Source of the DNA: Vulcanimicrobiota bacterium
GTDB taxonomy: Bacteria; Vulcanimicrobiota; Vulcanimicrobiia; Vulcanimicrobiales; Vulcanimicrobiaceae
Direction of reading: 5' to 3'
NCBI GenBank assembly: GCA_027364935.1
Contig: DAHXOK010000003.1
Span: 1 to 54,643 of the forward strand
Length of the DNA: 54,643 nucleotides
Positions within the stretch are counted from its first letter, which is position 1; each line of letters opens with the position of its first letter. Positions 36,080 to 45,590 of the stretch are shown here, one piece after another. The position numbers and the translations under genes are program-made. Under the pieces are notes generated by a model. That model saw only the letters and a program-made list of their open reading frames with translations, was not told the DNA's origin and made no database searches.

Positions 36080-37648
36080 ATGTCGCTTTTTCGAGTAAAG
36101 CCGCTCGCCCGTATCCTGGCGGAGGGAGCGGATTCCGAGCACGGCCTCAGGCGGTCGCTCGGACCGTGGGCGCTGACGGCGATGGGGATCGGTGCCATCA
36201 TCGGCACCGGCATCTTCGTGCTCACGGGCATCGCGTCGGCAACGCGTGCCGGCCCGTCGCTCACGCTGTCGTTCGTCGTGGCCGGTATCGTCAGCGCGCT
36301 CGCCGCGCTCTGCTACGCCGAAGTCTCCAGCAAGATTCCGATTTCCGGCAGCGCCTACACGTACACCTACGCGACGCTCGGCGAGCTCTTGGCATGGATC
36401 GTCGGCTGGGCACTCGTTCTCGAGTACGCCCTCGGGGCGGCAACCGTCAGCATCGGTTGGTCGGGATACTTCATCAACATCTGGAACCATATCCCCAACG
36501 TTTGGCAGATTCCGGCGGCCTTTGCAAACGGGCCGCATTGGGGGCTTGCGGGGCAAGCCGGCGTATCGGGACTCGCGAACCTCCCTGCGGCCGCGATCAT
36601 TCTCGTGATTACCGCGCTGCTTGCAAAGGGCACGCGCGAGTCAGGCACCGTCAACGCGATCATCGTGACCGTCAAGGTCGCGATCGTGATCTTCTTCATC
36701 GTCGTGGGAATCGGACACATCTCCGCCGTCAACTATCACCTCCCGGCCGGCGGTGCGGCGGGGATGGGAGGCTACTTCCCCTTTGGATGGCAGGGCATGC
36801 TCGGAGGCGCAGCTTTCATCTTCTTTGCCTACATCGGCTTCGATGCGGTGTCGACGACGGCAGAGGAGGCGAAGAATCCTGGCCGCGACTTACCCTTCGG
36901 CATCATCATGAGCCTCGCGATCTGCACGATTCTCTACATCATCGTCGTCGCGATTCTCAATGGTATGGTGCCGTTTTACAAACTGAACGTTGCCTTCCCG
37001 GTCGCTTTCGCAATGAACTACGTCGGCCTGAGCTGGGCGAGCATCGTTATATCGCTCGGTGCGATCGCGGGCCTCACGACGGTGCTGCTCGTGATGATGT
37101 TCGGCCAGAGCCGCGTCTTCTTCTCGATGTCGCGCGACGGTTTGATACCGCCGGCGTTCACGCGCGTTCATCCCAAGTGGCGCACGCCGATCTTTTCGAC
37201 GGTCTTCTTCGGTATCTGCATCGCGATCGTTGCCGCGTTCACGCCTATCAACATCGTCGGATCGCTGACCAACATGGGAACGCTCGTCGCATTCGTGCTC
37301 GTCTCGGCTGCGGTACCGATCCTTCGCTGGAAGCACAAAGAACTCGTTGGGAAGTTCAAGGTCCCGCCGTTCCGCTACGTCGTCCCGATCTTCTGGCCGA
37401 TTTTCTGGTTACTCGAGAAGATCCCCGGCATCGGCGCGATCGTGCTCTGGCTTGACGAGATCCTGGTCCCGATCTTTTCCGCGATCACGGCGTTGGGGTT
37501 GATTTACTATCTGCGCATCGGCAACCCGCTCTTCTACGGATTCCCGATCGTCTGGTTCTGGTTCGTCGTCTGGCTGGTGCTCGGACTCATCTTCTACTTC
37601 AGTTACGGCGCTCGTAAGAGCAACCTCGTAACGCGTGGATCGCCCTAG
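36080..37648 (+). CDS. APC-superfamily amino acid permease (cationic amino acid transporter-like)
   Basis: 522 aa. LRRSLGPWALTAMGIGAIIGTGIFVLTG...LCYAEVSSKIPISGSAYTYTY...LAWIVGWALVLEY is the APC consensus region. About 12-14 TM segments. Confidence 0.9.
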   Translation: MSLFRVKPLARILAEGADSEHGLRRSLGPWALTAMGIGAIIGTGIFVLTGIASATRAGPSLTLSFVVAGIVSALAALCYAEVSSKIPISGSAYTYTYATLGELLAWIVGWALVLEYALGAATVSIGWSGYFINIWNHIPNVWQIPAAFANGPHWGLAGQAGVSGLANLPAAAIILVITALLAKGTRESGTVNAIIVTVKVAIVIFFIVVGIGHISAVNYHLPAGGAAGMGGYFPFGWQGMLGGAAFIFFAYIGFDAVSTTAEEAKNPGRDLPFGIIMSLAICTILYIIVVAILNGMVPFYKLNVAFPVAFAMNYVGLSWASIVISLGAIAGLTTVLLVMMFGQSRVFFSMSRDGLIPPAFTRVHPKWRTPIFSTVFFGICIAIVAAFTPINIVGSLTNMGTLVAFVLVSAAVPILRWKHKELVGKFKVPPFRYVVPIFWPIFWLLEKIPGIGAIVLWLDEILVPIFSAITALGLIYYLRIGNPLFYGFPIVWFWFVVWLVLGLIFYFSYGARKSNLVTRGSP

Positions 37649-37652
37649 CCTG

Positions 37653-39767
37653 CTACGCCGCTCGCGGCACCGTGAGAATCGCGATGGGGTCATCGGCTTT
37701 ACGGCCGGTGACCTCTTCGTTTGCAAGCGCTACGGCTTGTTCCGCGCCCGCAAGACCGCTGAAGTCGGCGATGCGGCCTCCGTGCAGCAGGTAGAGATCC
37801 GGTAATGCGCGACCGACGTCTCCGAAACTCGTCGCCGCCTCGATCGCGTCGCGCAAGACCGGCTGCAGATCGCCGCAGCGCGTTTGCGTGACGCGCGCGT
37901 CGCGCAACGAGAGACGTATGACGCCTCGCTCGTCGAGCACGCGAAGGTCGCGTCCGCTCCCGTAGCCGGTCAGCGCAGGCGTCAGCTCGACGCGGCGAAG
38001 CGAGTTCGCATCCGCACGCAGCGACGTCGCCGCGACTGCGCGTACGTCTTCTTCGCCGACCGCTACGAGCGCAGCCCCTTCGACGAGCGCCGTCGCCCCA
38101 GAGGCCGTCGCACGGACGCGATTGCGCTGCGCATCGATCTCGACGCTCACCTCCACGCGGTCGGGCGCGGCGCCGGCTGCAATGACGCGATCGCTCGCCT
38201 CGCGCCGAAGCTGCGCGATCTCTTCGGGAGTCGGATCGACGATGGTGCGCTCCACCGAGTCGCGCACGAGCGCCAACGCCACGCCGATCGGCGACAAGAC
38301 CTCGGCGTCCCGCGCGATGCGATACGGGAGTTTCATCTGCTCCGCAACGAATGGCACGAGTGCCGCCGCCCCACCTCCGCCGCCGACCAGCACGACGATC
38401 GCGGGATCGAGCGCGTAGTCGAGCGCCAGTTCTTCCACGCACGCGCGCAGCTTGCGTCCGGCGATATCCAACGTTCTACGCGCGAGTACGTCGGCGTTGC
38501 TCCCAAGCTCGCGCGCGAGCAACGCGAAGCCGAGTCGCGCAGACTCGGCATTCCCGCGCGCGAATGCGTGCTCCGCAACGTATCCGAGGGCGTTCGCGGC
38601 ACATGTCGGCGTTAGCGCGATCTTCCCCCCATCGGCTGCGACGAGCACGGCGTAGTCGGGCGGATCGCTCGCCGTCGGCGCGAGACGCGCCACGCGCGCT
38701 CCCTCAAGCCGCTCCGGTGAGACGAAGCTCGCGTACTCACACTGCGCGATGTGCGCCGAGCGAGGTCCGACGTCGGTGATGCTTTGCCCGTCGACGCGCA
38801 GCATGCTGCCGCCGGCGACGCCGATCGTGCGCACGTCCAGCGTTCGAAGCATCATTCGCCTGCCGCCGATGCGGGCGGCGCGCATCTGCGGGCGGCCGGC
38901 GCGAATGGCCGAACAGTCGGCACTCGTTCCACCGACCTCGATGAAAATGCCGTCGCTCACCTGCTCGTACAGCAGCGCCCCCGCCACGCCGGCGGCCGGC
39001 CCCGAGAGCAGCGTGTGGATGGGTCGCCGTTCGACCTCGCGCACGCCCATCACGCCGCCGTCGCTGCGCATGACCATCAAGGGTGCGCGAATCGCCGCCT
39101 CTCGCACCGCGTGCGCCGTCGTGCGCGCCGTTTCGACCATCCGCGGGAGAATCGCCGCGTTGAGCGCCGCGGTGCGCGTACGCGCTCGCAAGCCGTACGT
39201 CGCGCTCACGTCGTGACCGCTCGTCGCGAACGCGCCGCGTCCCCGTGCGTACTCGACGACGCGCTCTTCGGCGTCCGGGCGGTCGACGCCGAAGGCCCGC
39301 GTCGCGGCAATTGCCGCGACGCCTTGCGAGAGCAGCGCGTCGACGGCGGCGCGGGCCGAACCGTCGTCGTTCGCGCGTGCAAACGCGATCTGCGGGGCGA
39401 AGCGCACGCCGGGCGTGAGATCGAATGACGGCACGCGCATCTGCGCGCGCGCGAGCGCGTTGCATGTATCGAGCAAACCGACGATGCCGACGCGCGCGAC
39501 GTCGCCTTCGAGCAGTGCGTTGGTCGCCTGCGTCGTGGAGTGCGCGATGAACGCCACGTCGCCGGACGCAATCTCGGCGCGCCCCAGCAGCCGTTCGATC
39601 CCGGCGACGATCCCCGCGGCGACGCCCTCCGCCGCGTGGTGCGTCGTCGGCACTTTGACGCTGGCGACGAGCGCGCGCGTGGCGGCGTCAATTGCCACGA
39701 CGTCGGTGAAGGTGCCGCCGACGTCCACGCCGACGCGCAGTTTGCGCGGCGATCTACTGCGCTGCAT
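37653..39767 (-). CDS. Hydantoinase/oxoprolinase (HyuA-like) family ATPase
   Basis: ATG 39767 gives MQRSRSPRKLRVGVDVGGTFTDVVAID..., then IAHSTTQATNALLEG, SGPAAGVAGA and IFIEVGGTSADCS. 704 aa. No HyuB-type partner is adjacent. Confidence 0.8.
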   Translation of the reverse strand: MQRSRSPRKLRVGVDVGGTFTDVVAIDAATRALVASVKVPTTHHAAEGVAAGIVAGIERLLGRAEIASGDVAFIAHSTTQATNALLEGDVARVGIVGLLDTCNALARAQMRVPSFDLTPGVRFAPQIAFARANDDGSARAAVDALLSQGVAAIAATRAFGVDRPDAEERVVEYARGRGAFATSGHDVSATYGLRARTRTAALNAAILPRMVETARTTAHAVREAAIRAPLMVMRSDGGVMGVREVERRPIHTLLSGPAAGVAGALLYEQVSDGIFIEVGGTSADCSAIRAGRPQMRAARIGGRRMMLRTLDVRTIGVAGGSMLRVDGQSITDVGPRSAHIAQCEYASFVSPERLEGARVARLAPTASDPPDYAVLVAADGGKIALTPTCAANALGYVAEHAFARGNAESARLGFALLARELGSNADVLARRTLDIAGRKLRACVEELALDYALDPAIVVLVGGGGGAAALVPFVAEQMKLPYRIARDAEVLSPIGVALALVRDSVERTIVDPTPEEIAQLRREASDRVIAAGAAPDRVEVSVEIDAQRNRVRATASGATALVEGAALVAVGEEDVRAVAATSLRADANSLRRVELTPALTGYGSGRDLRVLDERGVIRLSLRDARVTQTRCGDLQPVLRDAIEAATSFGDVGRALPDLYLLHGGRIADFSGLAGAEQAVALANEEVTGRKADDPIAILTVPRAA

Positions 39768-41793
39768 CGGCGGCAAAACCGGTAAAGGGCGTACCGAGCT
39801 GTACCTCCAGGGTCGCGCCGTTGCGAACGATCTCAAAGCTGTGCGGCTTGCCGTCGTAGGCGCGTAACTGGGTTTGGTAGGTCCCGTACTCCCACCACGC
39901 CTCGCCGTCGAGCTTCTCGACTATGTCACCGCTGCGCAAGCCCGCAGCGTACGCTGGGCCGCCCGCGCGTACGTACGCGCGCATGTTGCCGTCGTCGCTC
40001 TTGAAGAGCGTGTAGAAATACGTCGGGGGATCGCCGGGCGCAAAGGCCACCCCGCGAGCGAAAAGATTCGTCGACCGTGGCGCGACCAGCGCTGACCACG
40101 CTAGGAGCCGTTGCGCCCCTTGCCGCGCCAAGAGACGAGCCTCGGCATCGTTCGGCTGTGCGACGATCTCGTGGTCGTGCCACTCGTCGACGATCCATCC
40201 GCCACAGTCCTCGAGCACCAGCCCGACGTCGAAGTCGATGCCCTCGATCAACGCGAACGTACTCGTTTCCGTACGAACGTACGCGGCATACGGCTTGCGC
40301 TCGCAGTCGGCCGCGTTGGGATCGCCGGTGAAGCGAAACGGCTGTAGCGTCGAACCGGCGCGCAACGCAGCAACGATCGCATCGGCCGCCGTGCGTCCGA
40401 GCGGCGTTCCGTCGTCGCCGACGGCAACGCGGTACGCGGCGCTGCGCGGTGCGTCCATTCCCGGCAGGACGCTCTGCGCGAGTGCGGGCGGCACGAGCGA
40501 AGCAAAGGCTCGAACGCCGAGCAGCGGCTGCGTCGCCACGACGACCGCAATCGTCGCCGCTACGGCAACTGCGACCTGGACCGGCAGCGTTCGCGTCGTG
40601 ATCGTGACGATGGGAACGCCGGTGAAGTTGGCGACCCAGACGTTCTGCGTGTTCGTCGGATCGCACACGTTCTGCACTTGAACGACCGCCATGACTGCGG
40701 CCACGAGAACGAGCGGCGGCACCGCGTGCGACGCCAGAAGGGCGGTGAAGATGGCGATGCCGACGCCGAACGGATTGAGCGGGCCGCGGTAGAGCACGAG
40801 CGGGCTCAGCAATCCGAACACGGCAACGTACGCGATGGGGTTGCGTATCCAGTTGCTCGCAACCAGCGGTTGCAGGGCCGCCGCAAACTGCGGCTCCTTC
40901 ATCGCGACGAGCAGCATGCCGATTCCCATGAAGAGCACGATCGCCGGAGCGACGTCTTCCACGCCGCGAATTGCCGAGGCGACGAGCGTCGGAATCGCAG
41001 CGCGCGGCCGCGTCACGAGCACGCCGTAGATGGCGGAGATCGCAAACGCGGGCGTGGCGTCCACGTGGAAAACGTAGTACAGGACGATCGGCAGCATCGG
41101 CGTCACCAGCGACCACCACGGGACGCCGCGCCCTTTCGCCGCTCCGGAACCCCGATCCGCGTCTGCCGAAGGCGCCGCCCATCCCGCGTACGCGCGCTCG
41201 CGTGCGAACGCGAAGATGGCGTACCCGATCAGTGCCAGGGCATCGATCCCCGCAAGCACGACGGCGTACCTGACGAGCTGCTGCTCGGTAACGCCGAAGA
41301 ACGTCGTGTAGAACGTCCAATTCGCGATATTGAAGATGAAGCCGAGCGCGAACGCCATCAGGAAGAGCGTCGCGGCCGTCGTGCGGGGCACGCCGGTCGT
41401 CATCATGATCGGCAGCACGATCGACCCCACCATGATGATCGCGCCCAGTCCGTTGAGCGACGTGAAGAGCACGGCCACGATCGCGCAGAGCACGAGCGCA
41501 AAGGCGAACGGACTCTCCCCTCCGTACTCGGCGGCGAGATTGACGAGCGCTCGCGCGATTCCGGTGTCGAGCGTGACGCGCCCCAGCAGCGCGCCGAAGA
41601 TAACGGCGACGTAGAACTTCGAGAGCGCGCTCGCACCATCGACGACGATGCCGCCGAGCGCGGGCGGCGGCACGCCCGCACCGATCGCCATCGCTATCGC
41701 CATGAGCGGCACGGCGACGATCGCCGGCATTTTCCGCGCGTACATGAGCGCAGCAAAGACGACGAAGACCGCGAGAACGAGGGCCGCGCTCAG
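39754..41793 (-). CDS. Ion-transporter-superfamily permease (GntP/CitMHS-like) fused to a C-terminal extracytoplasmic domain ending in a PDZ module
   Basis: Hydrophobic core from LSAALVLAVFVVFAALMYARKMPAIVAVPLMAIAMAIG... to ...VAVAVAATIAVVVATQPLL. Then about 270 soluble residues ending in ...GGPAYAAGLRSGDIVEKLDGEAWWEY...EIVRNGATLEVQL (PDZ-like). The first conserved TM precedes any ATG/GTG/TTG. CTG 41793 overlaps the GH20 stop (CTGA). ATG 41745 is the conservative alternative. Confidence 0.7.
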   Translation of the reverse strand: MSAALVLAVFVVFAALMYARKMPAIVAVPLMAIAMAIGAGVPPPALGGIVVDGASALSKFYVAVIFGALLGRVTLDTGIARALVNLAAEYGGESPFAFALVLCAIVAVLFTSLNGLGAIIMVGSIVLPIMMTTGVPRTTAATLFLMAFALGFIFNIANWTFYTTFFGVTEQQLVRYAVVLAGIDALALIGYAIFAFARERAYAGWAAPSADADRGSGAAKGRGVPWWSLVTPMLPIVLYYVFHVDATPAFAISAIYGVLVTRPRAAIPTLVASAIRGVEDVAPAIVLFMGIGMLLVAMKEPQFAAALQPLVASNWIRNPIAYVAVFGLLSPLVLYRGPLNPFGVGIAIFTALLASHAVPPLVLVAAVMAVVQVQNVCDPTNTQNVWVANFTGVPIVTITTRTLPVQVAVAVAATIAVVVATQPLLGVRAFASLVPPALAQSVLPGMDAPRSAAYRVAVGDDGTPLGRTAADAIVAALRAGSTLQPFRFTGDPNAADCERKPYAAYVRTETSTFALIEGIDFDVGLVLEDCGGWIVDEWHDHEIVAQPNDAEARLLARQGAQRLLAWSALVAPRSTNLFARGVAFAPGDPPTYFYTLFKSDDGNMRAYVRAGGPAYAAGLRSGDIVEKLDGEAWWEYGTYQTQLRAYDGKPHSFEIVRNGATLEVQLGTPFTGFAADAAQ

Positions 41794-43724
41794 GGTTGCG
41801 TTCCGCCGTGCGGTACCGCGATGACGTCGTCGAGAGGCGGCAGTGGCTCGTGTTGGAGGAAGTCCTCGCGCGTCACGCGCGCCAACGCGTCGGCGCGCTC
41901 GATCGCCCGCTGCGCGGCGAGGTGATAGCGCTCGAGGTTGCTCGCCAGGTGCGACGGCCGGCTCTCGTAGCGCCACGCGCGCTCGTAGAGCGGCGCCAAC
42001 CCTTCGAAATCGTCGCGCAGCTCCCACATCCAGTACTCACTCCAGAGCAGGCTGCGAAATGACGGCGAGGCATAGTCGTCGCGAACCTCGCGGGCGATCT
42101 GGTACTCGCGACCGAGCACATCGTAGCGCCGCGCCGCAAGAAACATCACCGCAGCCGCGTTTGCGTGCAACGGCGGCCGGTGCGCGAACAGGTGCGTCTC
42201 CACCCGCTCGGCCTCCAGCCGCACGGCGCGCAGATCGACGTTCGCCAAACGCTCTTGGAGAAACCGATCGAACGGATCGCCCCAGAAGAGCGCATCGGTG
42301 GGGCCCGCGTGGGCCGCTTCCAAGCGCGTGAGCGCGTCGCCGAGCTCCGCAACGTCGTCGCCGTAACGCGGGTCTTCGACGCCGAAGAACGCCGCCGGAA
42401 AATCGCGCCGGAAGCGATCGGGATCGACGTCGCGCCGCTCCCACGCGGCGCTCGCCGCGTAGAGCACCGGGTACCACGTCGCTTCGTAGAGCGTCTCGCC
42501 ATCGTCGTGCCAGATCGTCTGGAAGAGGCCGAGGACGTGCGCGGCCTTTCCTTCGTCGATGAAGCGGCGTTCGTTCGCAATCGCCGTCGCGACGTCGGGA
42601 TAGATTTCGTTCCAGTTGCTCGCGCCGGGGGCCACCATCTGCGCGAAGCCGCCGCTCGCAATCAGGCGAATGTACTTCTCGAACGAGCGTTCGGCCTCGT
42701 AATGCCAGTTCACGATGACCGCGCTGCGTGGAATCATGCGCATGACCGACGGATCGTTCTCGATGCCGTCGTCCCAGAGCATGATACGCGCCCCCGACGG
42801 CGCGACGAGTCTCGCCATCGCGGCGACGTGATCCGCGTAGACGCGCGACCGTCCGCCGTGCGCGGCTACGTACGCCGCCGTCGTTCCTTCGCCGAGCGTT
42901 GCGGTCTCGTCGGAGCCGATGTGAAAGAATGGCGGATGCGGTACCGCCGCGAGCTCCTGACCGATGATGCGTGCGAGATAGGCCGATGCCAGGGACGATG
43001 CCGGAGAGAGCAGGAATCCGTGCGGAAAATCGGCCGCGCCGGCATATCGCTCGATTTTCAGCGTGTTGTGCATGTGCGCGAAGGTCTGCTGCTCGGGAAT
43101 CAATGCCACGTGGAAGATGCGCGCGTACTGCGCGAGCGAGCGCAGCTGCGCTGGCGTGATGCCGTCGAGCGGCGCGGGCAGCGGATCCGTCGGGGAGACG
43201 AAGACGTGCTCCATGTACGGCGAGTAGCCGTTCATCTTGAAGGCGGCGATGGTGCGGATGCGCTCCTCGAAGTACCGCATGGTCGGGAGCGGCCCGCGCG
43301 AGACGTCGTCCGAGAGAATCCGCCAGCGCAGCGCCGGCCGATCCTCGATTCGTACGCACGGGGCGCGCCAGCCGCGAGCGGTGCGCTCGGGAAGCTGCGC
43401 GAGGGTCATCGCCGCGTAAAACGCGCCGTCACCGCCGGAGCTCCAGATAACCGCACCGCCGCGACCGACGCCCAGCCGGTATGCTTGCGCCGGGAGAGCC
43501 GGATCGTGACGCACGACGATGTCAGGAATGCGCGCGACGTACAGCGTGCCGGCGCCCAGGGCACTCCAACGTTCGTCGATCTCGCGGCGCGCCCCGGCGT
43601 CGAAGCTCGCGGCGACGGCGTGCGGAAGCGGGACGCTGCACGATGGCACGACGATTACCGACGAAGGGTTTGGCAGCAGGTGGAGCGCGGCGGCAAACGA
43701 GCCGACGAGGACCGCGAAAATCAC
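41790..43724 (-). CDS. GH20 beta-N-acetylhexosaminidase
   Basis: 644 aa. IEDRPALRWRILSDDVSRG...FKMNGY...ALIPEQQTFAHM...FHIGSDET (catalytic D-E pair)...WDD... is GH20 TIM-barrel order. The GTG start overlaps the upstream stop (GTGA). Confidence 0.85.
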   Translation of the reverse strand: MIFAVLVGSFAAALHLLPNPSSVIVVPSCSVPLPHAVAASFDAGARREIDERWSALGAGTLYVARIPDIVVRHDPALPAQAYRLGVGRGGAVIWSSGGDGAFYAAMTLAQLPERTARGWRAPCVRIEDRPALRWRILSDDVSRGPLPTMRYFEERIRTIAAFKMNGYSPYMEHVFVSPTDPLPAPLDGITPAQLRSLAQYARIFHVALIPEQQTFAHMHNTLKIERYAGAADFPHGFLLSPASSLASAYLARIIGQELAAVPHPPFFHIGSDETATLGEGTTAAYVAAHGGRSRVYADHVAAMARLVAPSGARIMLWDDGIENDPSVMRMIPRSAVIVNWHYEAERSFEKYIRLIASGGFAQMVAPGASNWNEIYPDVATAIANERRFIDEGKAAHVLGLFQTIWHDDGETLYEATWYPVLYAASAAWERRDVDPDRFRRDFPAAFFGVEDPRYGDDVAELGDALTRLEAAHAGPTDALFWGDPFDRFLQERLANVDLRAVRLEAERVETHLFAHRPPLHANAAAVMFLAARRYDVLGREYQIAREVRDDYASPSFRSLLWSEYWMWELRDDFEGLAPLYERAWRYESRPSHLASNLERYHLAAQRAIERADALARVTREDFLQHEPLPPLDDVIAVPHGGTQP

Positions 43725-44128
43725 GGCGCTGGAGCCCGTGCGCCCTCGAGCATCGCGCGGTCGCGCTCGTCGAGCGCGCTCTGTACCTCGACCGCGAACG
43801 CCTGCGCGTCCGACGCCTCGACGCTCGCCGCGCGGTCGGCAAGCTCGACGAGAACCACATCGGCCTGCGCCACCCGCGCGATCGCCGCGTCGTTGCTGGG
43901 CTCGCTCTCGAAGCCGCGAAACGCCGCTTGATTTGCAAACTCCGTCCTCAGGATCGGCGCGCCCAACGAGCGCGCGAGCTCGGAGGCCGCGATGCGCTGT
44001 TGCATGGCCGCCAACGCCTCACCGGCGTACGCTCGCACGAGCTCGTCCGAGCGTCTCCGGTCGTCGCTGCTTCCATAGCCGGGCAGCTCCGCTATTCGCG
44101 AGCGTAGCGCATGCAACGTATCATCCAT
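43721..44128 (-). CDS. Hypothetical protein (135 aa), first gene of the GH20 operon
   Basis: ATG 44128. Helical, acidic, no TM segment and no recognisable family. Translationally coupled to the GH20 gene. Confidence 0.5.
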   Translation of the reverse strand: MDDTLHALRSRIAELPGYGSSDDRRRSDELVRAYAGEALAAMQQRIAASELARSLGAPILRTEFANQAAFRGFESEPSNDAAIARVAQADVVLVELADRAASVEASDAQAFAVEVQSALDERDRAMLEGARAPAP

Positions 44129-44220
44129 CCCCGTGGCTACGACGAGCGGACGCTTGAGAACCTTTGTTTTGCGCTCGCTCTACCCGGGGGCGGCTGCGAG
44201 CCGACGCGAACCTGCGACGT

Positions 44221-44751
44221 GTGAAGCCTTCCTTGCCTCCCTACGCGCGGCAGCCCGTATGGCCAGCGTACCTCGTGGCGGCCGTGTGTTTTGCGCTGGC
44301 GATCGTGTCGACGTTAAACAATCTCTCGCTCACCTCGCAGCTACGGCAGGCGCAGACGCAGATCGAGCGATCGAGTCAGCGCTCGACGATGCTGGCGCGG
44401 ACGCTTGCCGTAGAGAGGACCGCGCTCGCCGACCTGGAGAGTCCGCAGGCGCAACGATACGGATCCGGTAACGGTCAAGTCGTCTCGAGCAACGATCGCC
44501 TCTACGTCCTGCTGCGCAACCTTCCTATGCCGCCGCGTGGAAAAGTCTACCAGGCATGGACGCTGCAGCGAGGCGCGCAGGCGATGACGCCCTCCGTGCG
44601 TTTCATCCCCGATCTCCACGGCATTGCGGTCGTCGCGCTCGATGAAGTCGCAGCATCGCATACGAGCGCGGTCGCGGTCAGCATCGAGCCCGACGCGGGG
44701 AGCAAGGCGCCGACGAGCCCGCTCGTTCTCGACGTCGCGCTGGGGGAGTGA
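44221..44751 (+). CDS. Anti-sigma-K factor RskA-like protein (C-terminal domain only)
   Basis: TM helix WPAYLVAAVCFALAIVSTL, then ...LRNLPMPPRGKVYQAWTL...AVAVSIEPDAGSKAPTSPLVL, the RskA extracytoplasmic domain pattern. The start is uncertain (GTG 44221 or track 44164). No N-terminal zinc-finger anti-sigma domain. Confidence 0.65.
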   Translation: MKPSLPPYARQPVWPAYLVAAVCFALAIVSTLNNLSLTSQLRQAQTQIERSSQRSTMLARTLAVERTALADLESPQAQRYGSGNGQVVSSNDRLYVLLRNLPMPPRGKVYQAWTLQRGAQAMTPSVRFIPDLHGIAVVALDEVAASHTSAVAVSIEPDAGSKAPTSPLVLDVALGE

Positions 44752-44761
44752 GGAGCCGCGC

Positions 44762-45577
44762 GTGGCGACCTGTGCCGAGCGATTATCGACCACAAACGTG
44801 TCGCAAGCGGTTGCATATCTCGACCGCTCTCCGTATGAGAACGTCTTCTTAACCTACCTCGTGCTCGAGGGCGGCCCGCTGCAACGCGACGTTCGCATCG
44901 TGCGCGACGAAAGCGACCGCGTCTGTGGTGCCGGCTTCTTCGGCCGCCACGTCGTTCTCGCGGGCGAAGACGCCGCGCTACCCGCACTCGCGAACGCGGC
45001 CGCCGGCTTGAACGAACGCGCCGTCGTCGGGCCGCAGCGGATCGTAAACGCGTATTGGCAGGCCGTTCGCAATCGGCACGCTCCGGCGCGACTCGTGCGC
45101 GAGCGCCAGCCCGTGATGGCCGTCGACGCGCAGTCGCTGCGCGCGACGAACGGCTCGGTCACCGTACGGCGCGCGCGCGAAGGCGAATGGGCCATCGTCG
45201 CCGAGCACTCGGCTGCAATGATCTCAGGTGAGATCGAGGCGGACGCGCAACACGAGATGCCGCAGTTCGGCGCGGGAATCCGGCGCATGATTCGCCTGGG
45301 CTTGTGGTGGGTCGGCGAATGTTCGGAGGGATTGTGCTTCTTCTGCAACGTCGGCGCCTGGAGCCCACGGACCGCGCAGCTTCAGGGCATCTGGACGCCG
45401 CCGCAGTTTCGCCGCCGCGGCATCGCGACCGAGGCGCTCGGGGCGATCTGCCGAGCACTGCTCTGCATGGTTCCCTCGCTCTCACTCTACGTGAACGACG
45501 TCAACGCGCCGGCGATCGCCCTGTATCGCGGCATCGGCTTTGCCGAGGTCGGTGCGCTACAGACGATCTTCTTCTGA
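44762..45577 (+). CDS. GNAT family N-acetyltransferase (DUF4081 + GNAT type)
   Basis: GTG 44762 with gaggag 7 nt upstream. ...IWTPPQFRRRGIATEAL...YVNDVNAPAIALYRGIGF is the acetyl-CoA binding motif A region. 271 aa. Confidence 0.8.
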   Translation: MATCAERLSTTNVSQAVAYLDRSPYENVFLTYLVLEGGPLQRDVRIVRDESDRVCGAGFFGRHVVLAGEDAALPALANAAAGLNERAVVGPQRIVNAYWQAVRNRHAPARLVRERQPVMAVDAQSLRATNGSVTVRRAREGEWAIVAEHSAAMISGEIEADAQHEMPQFGAGIRRMIRLGLWWVGECSEGLCFFCNVGAWSPRTAQLQGIWTPPQFRRRGIATEALGAICRALLCMVPSLSLYVNDVNAPAIALYRGIGFAEVGALQTIFF

Positions 45578-45590
45578 CCGCCTCGCGGCG

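Noticed and set aside
42165-43931. 588-aa + strand ORF (and 42037..43359 on the - strand)
   Set aside because: Antisense or off-frame overlaps of the GH20 gene. No recognisable domains, Arg-rich.
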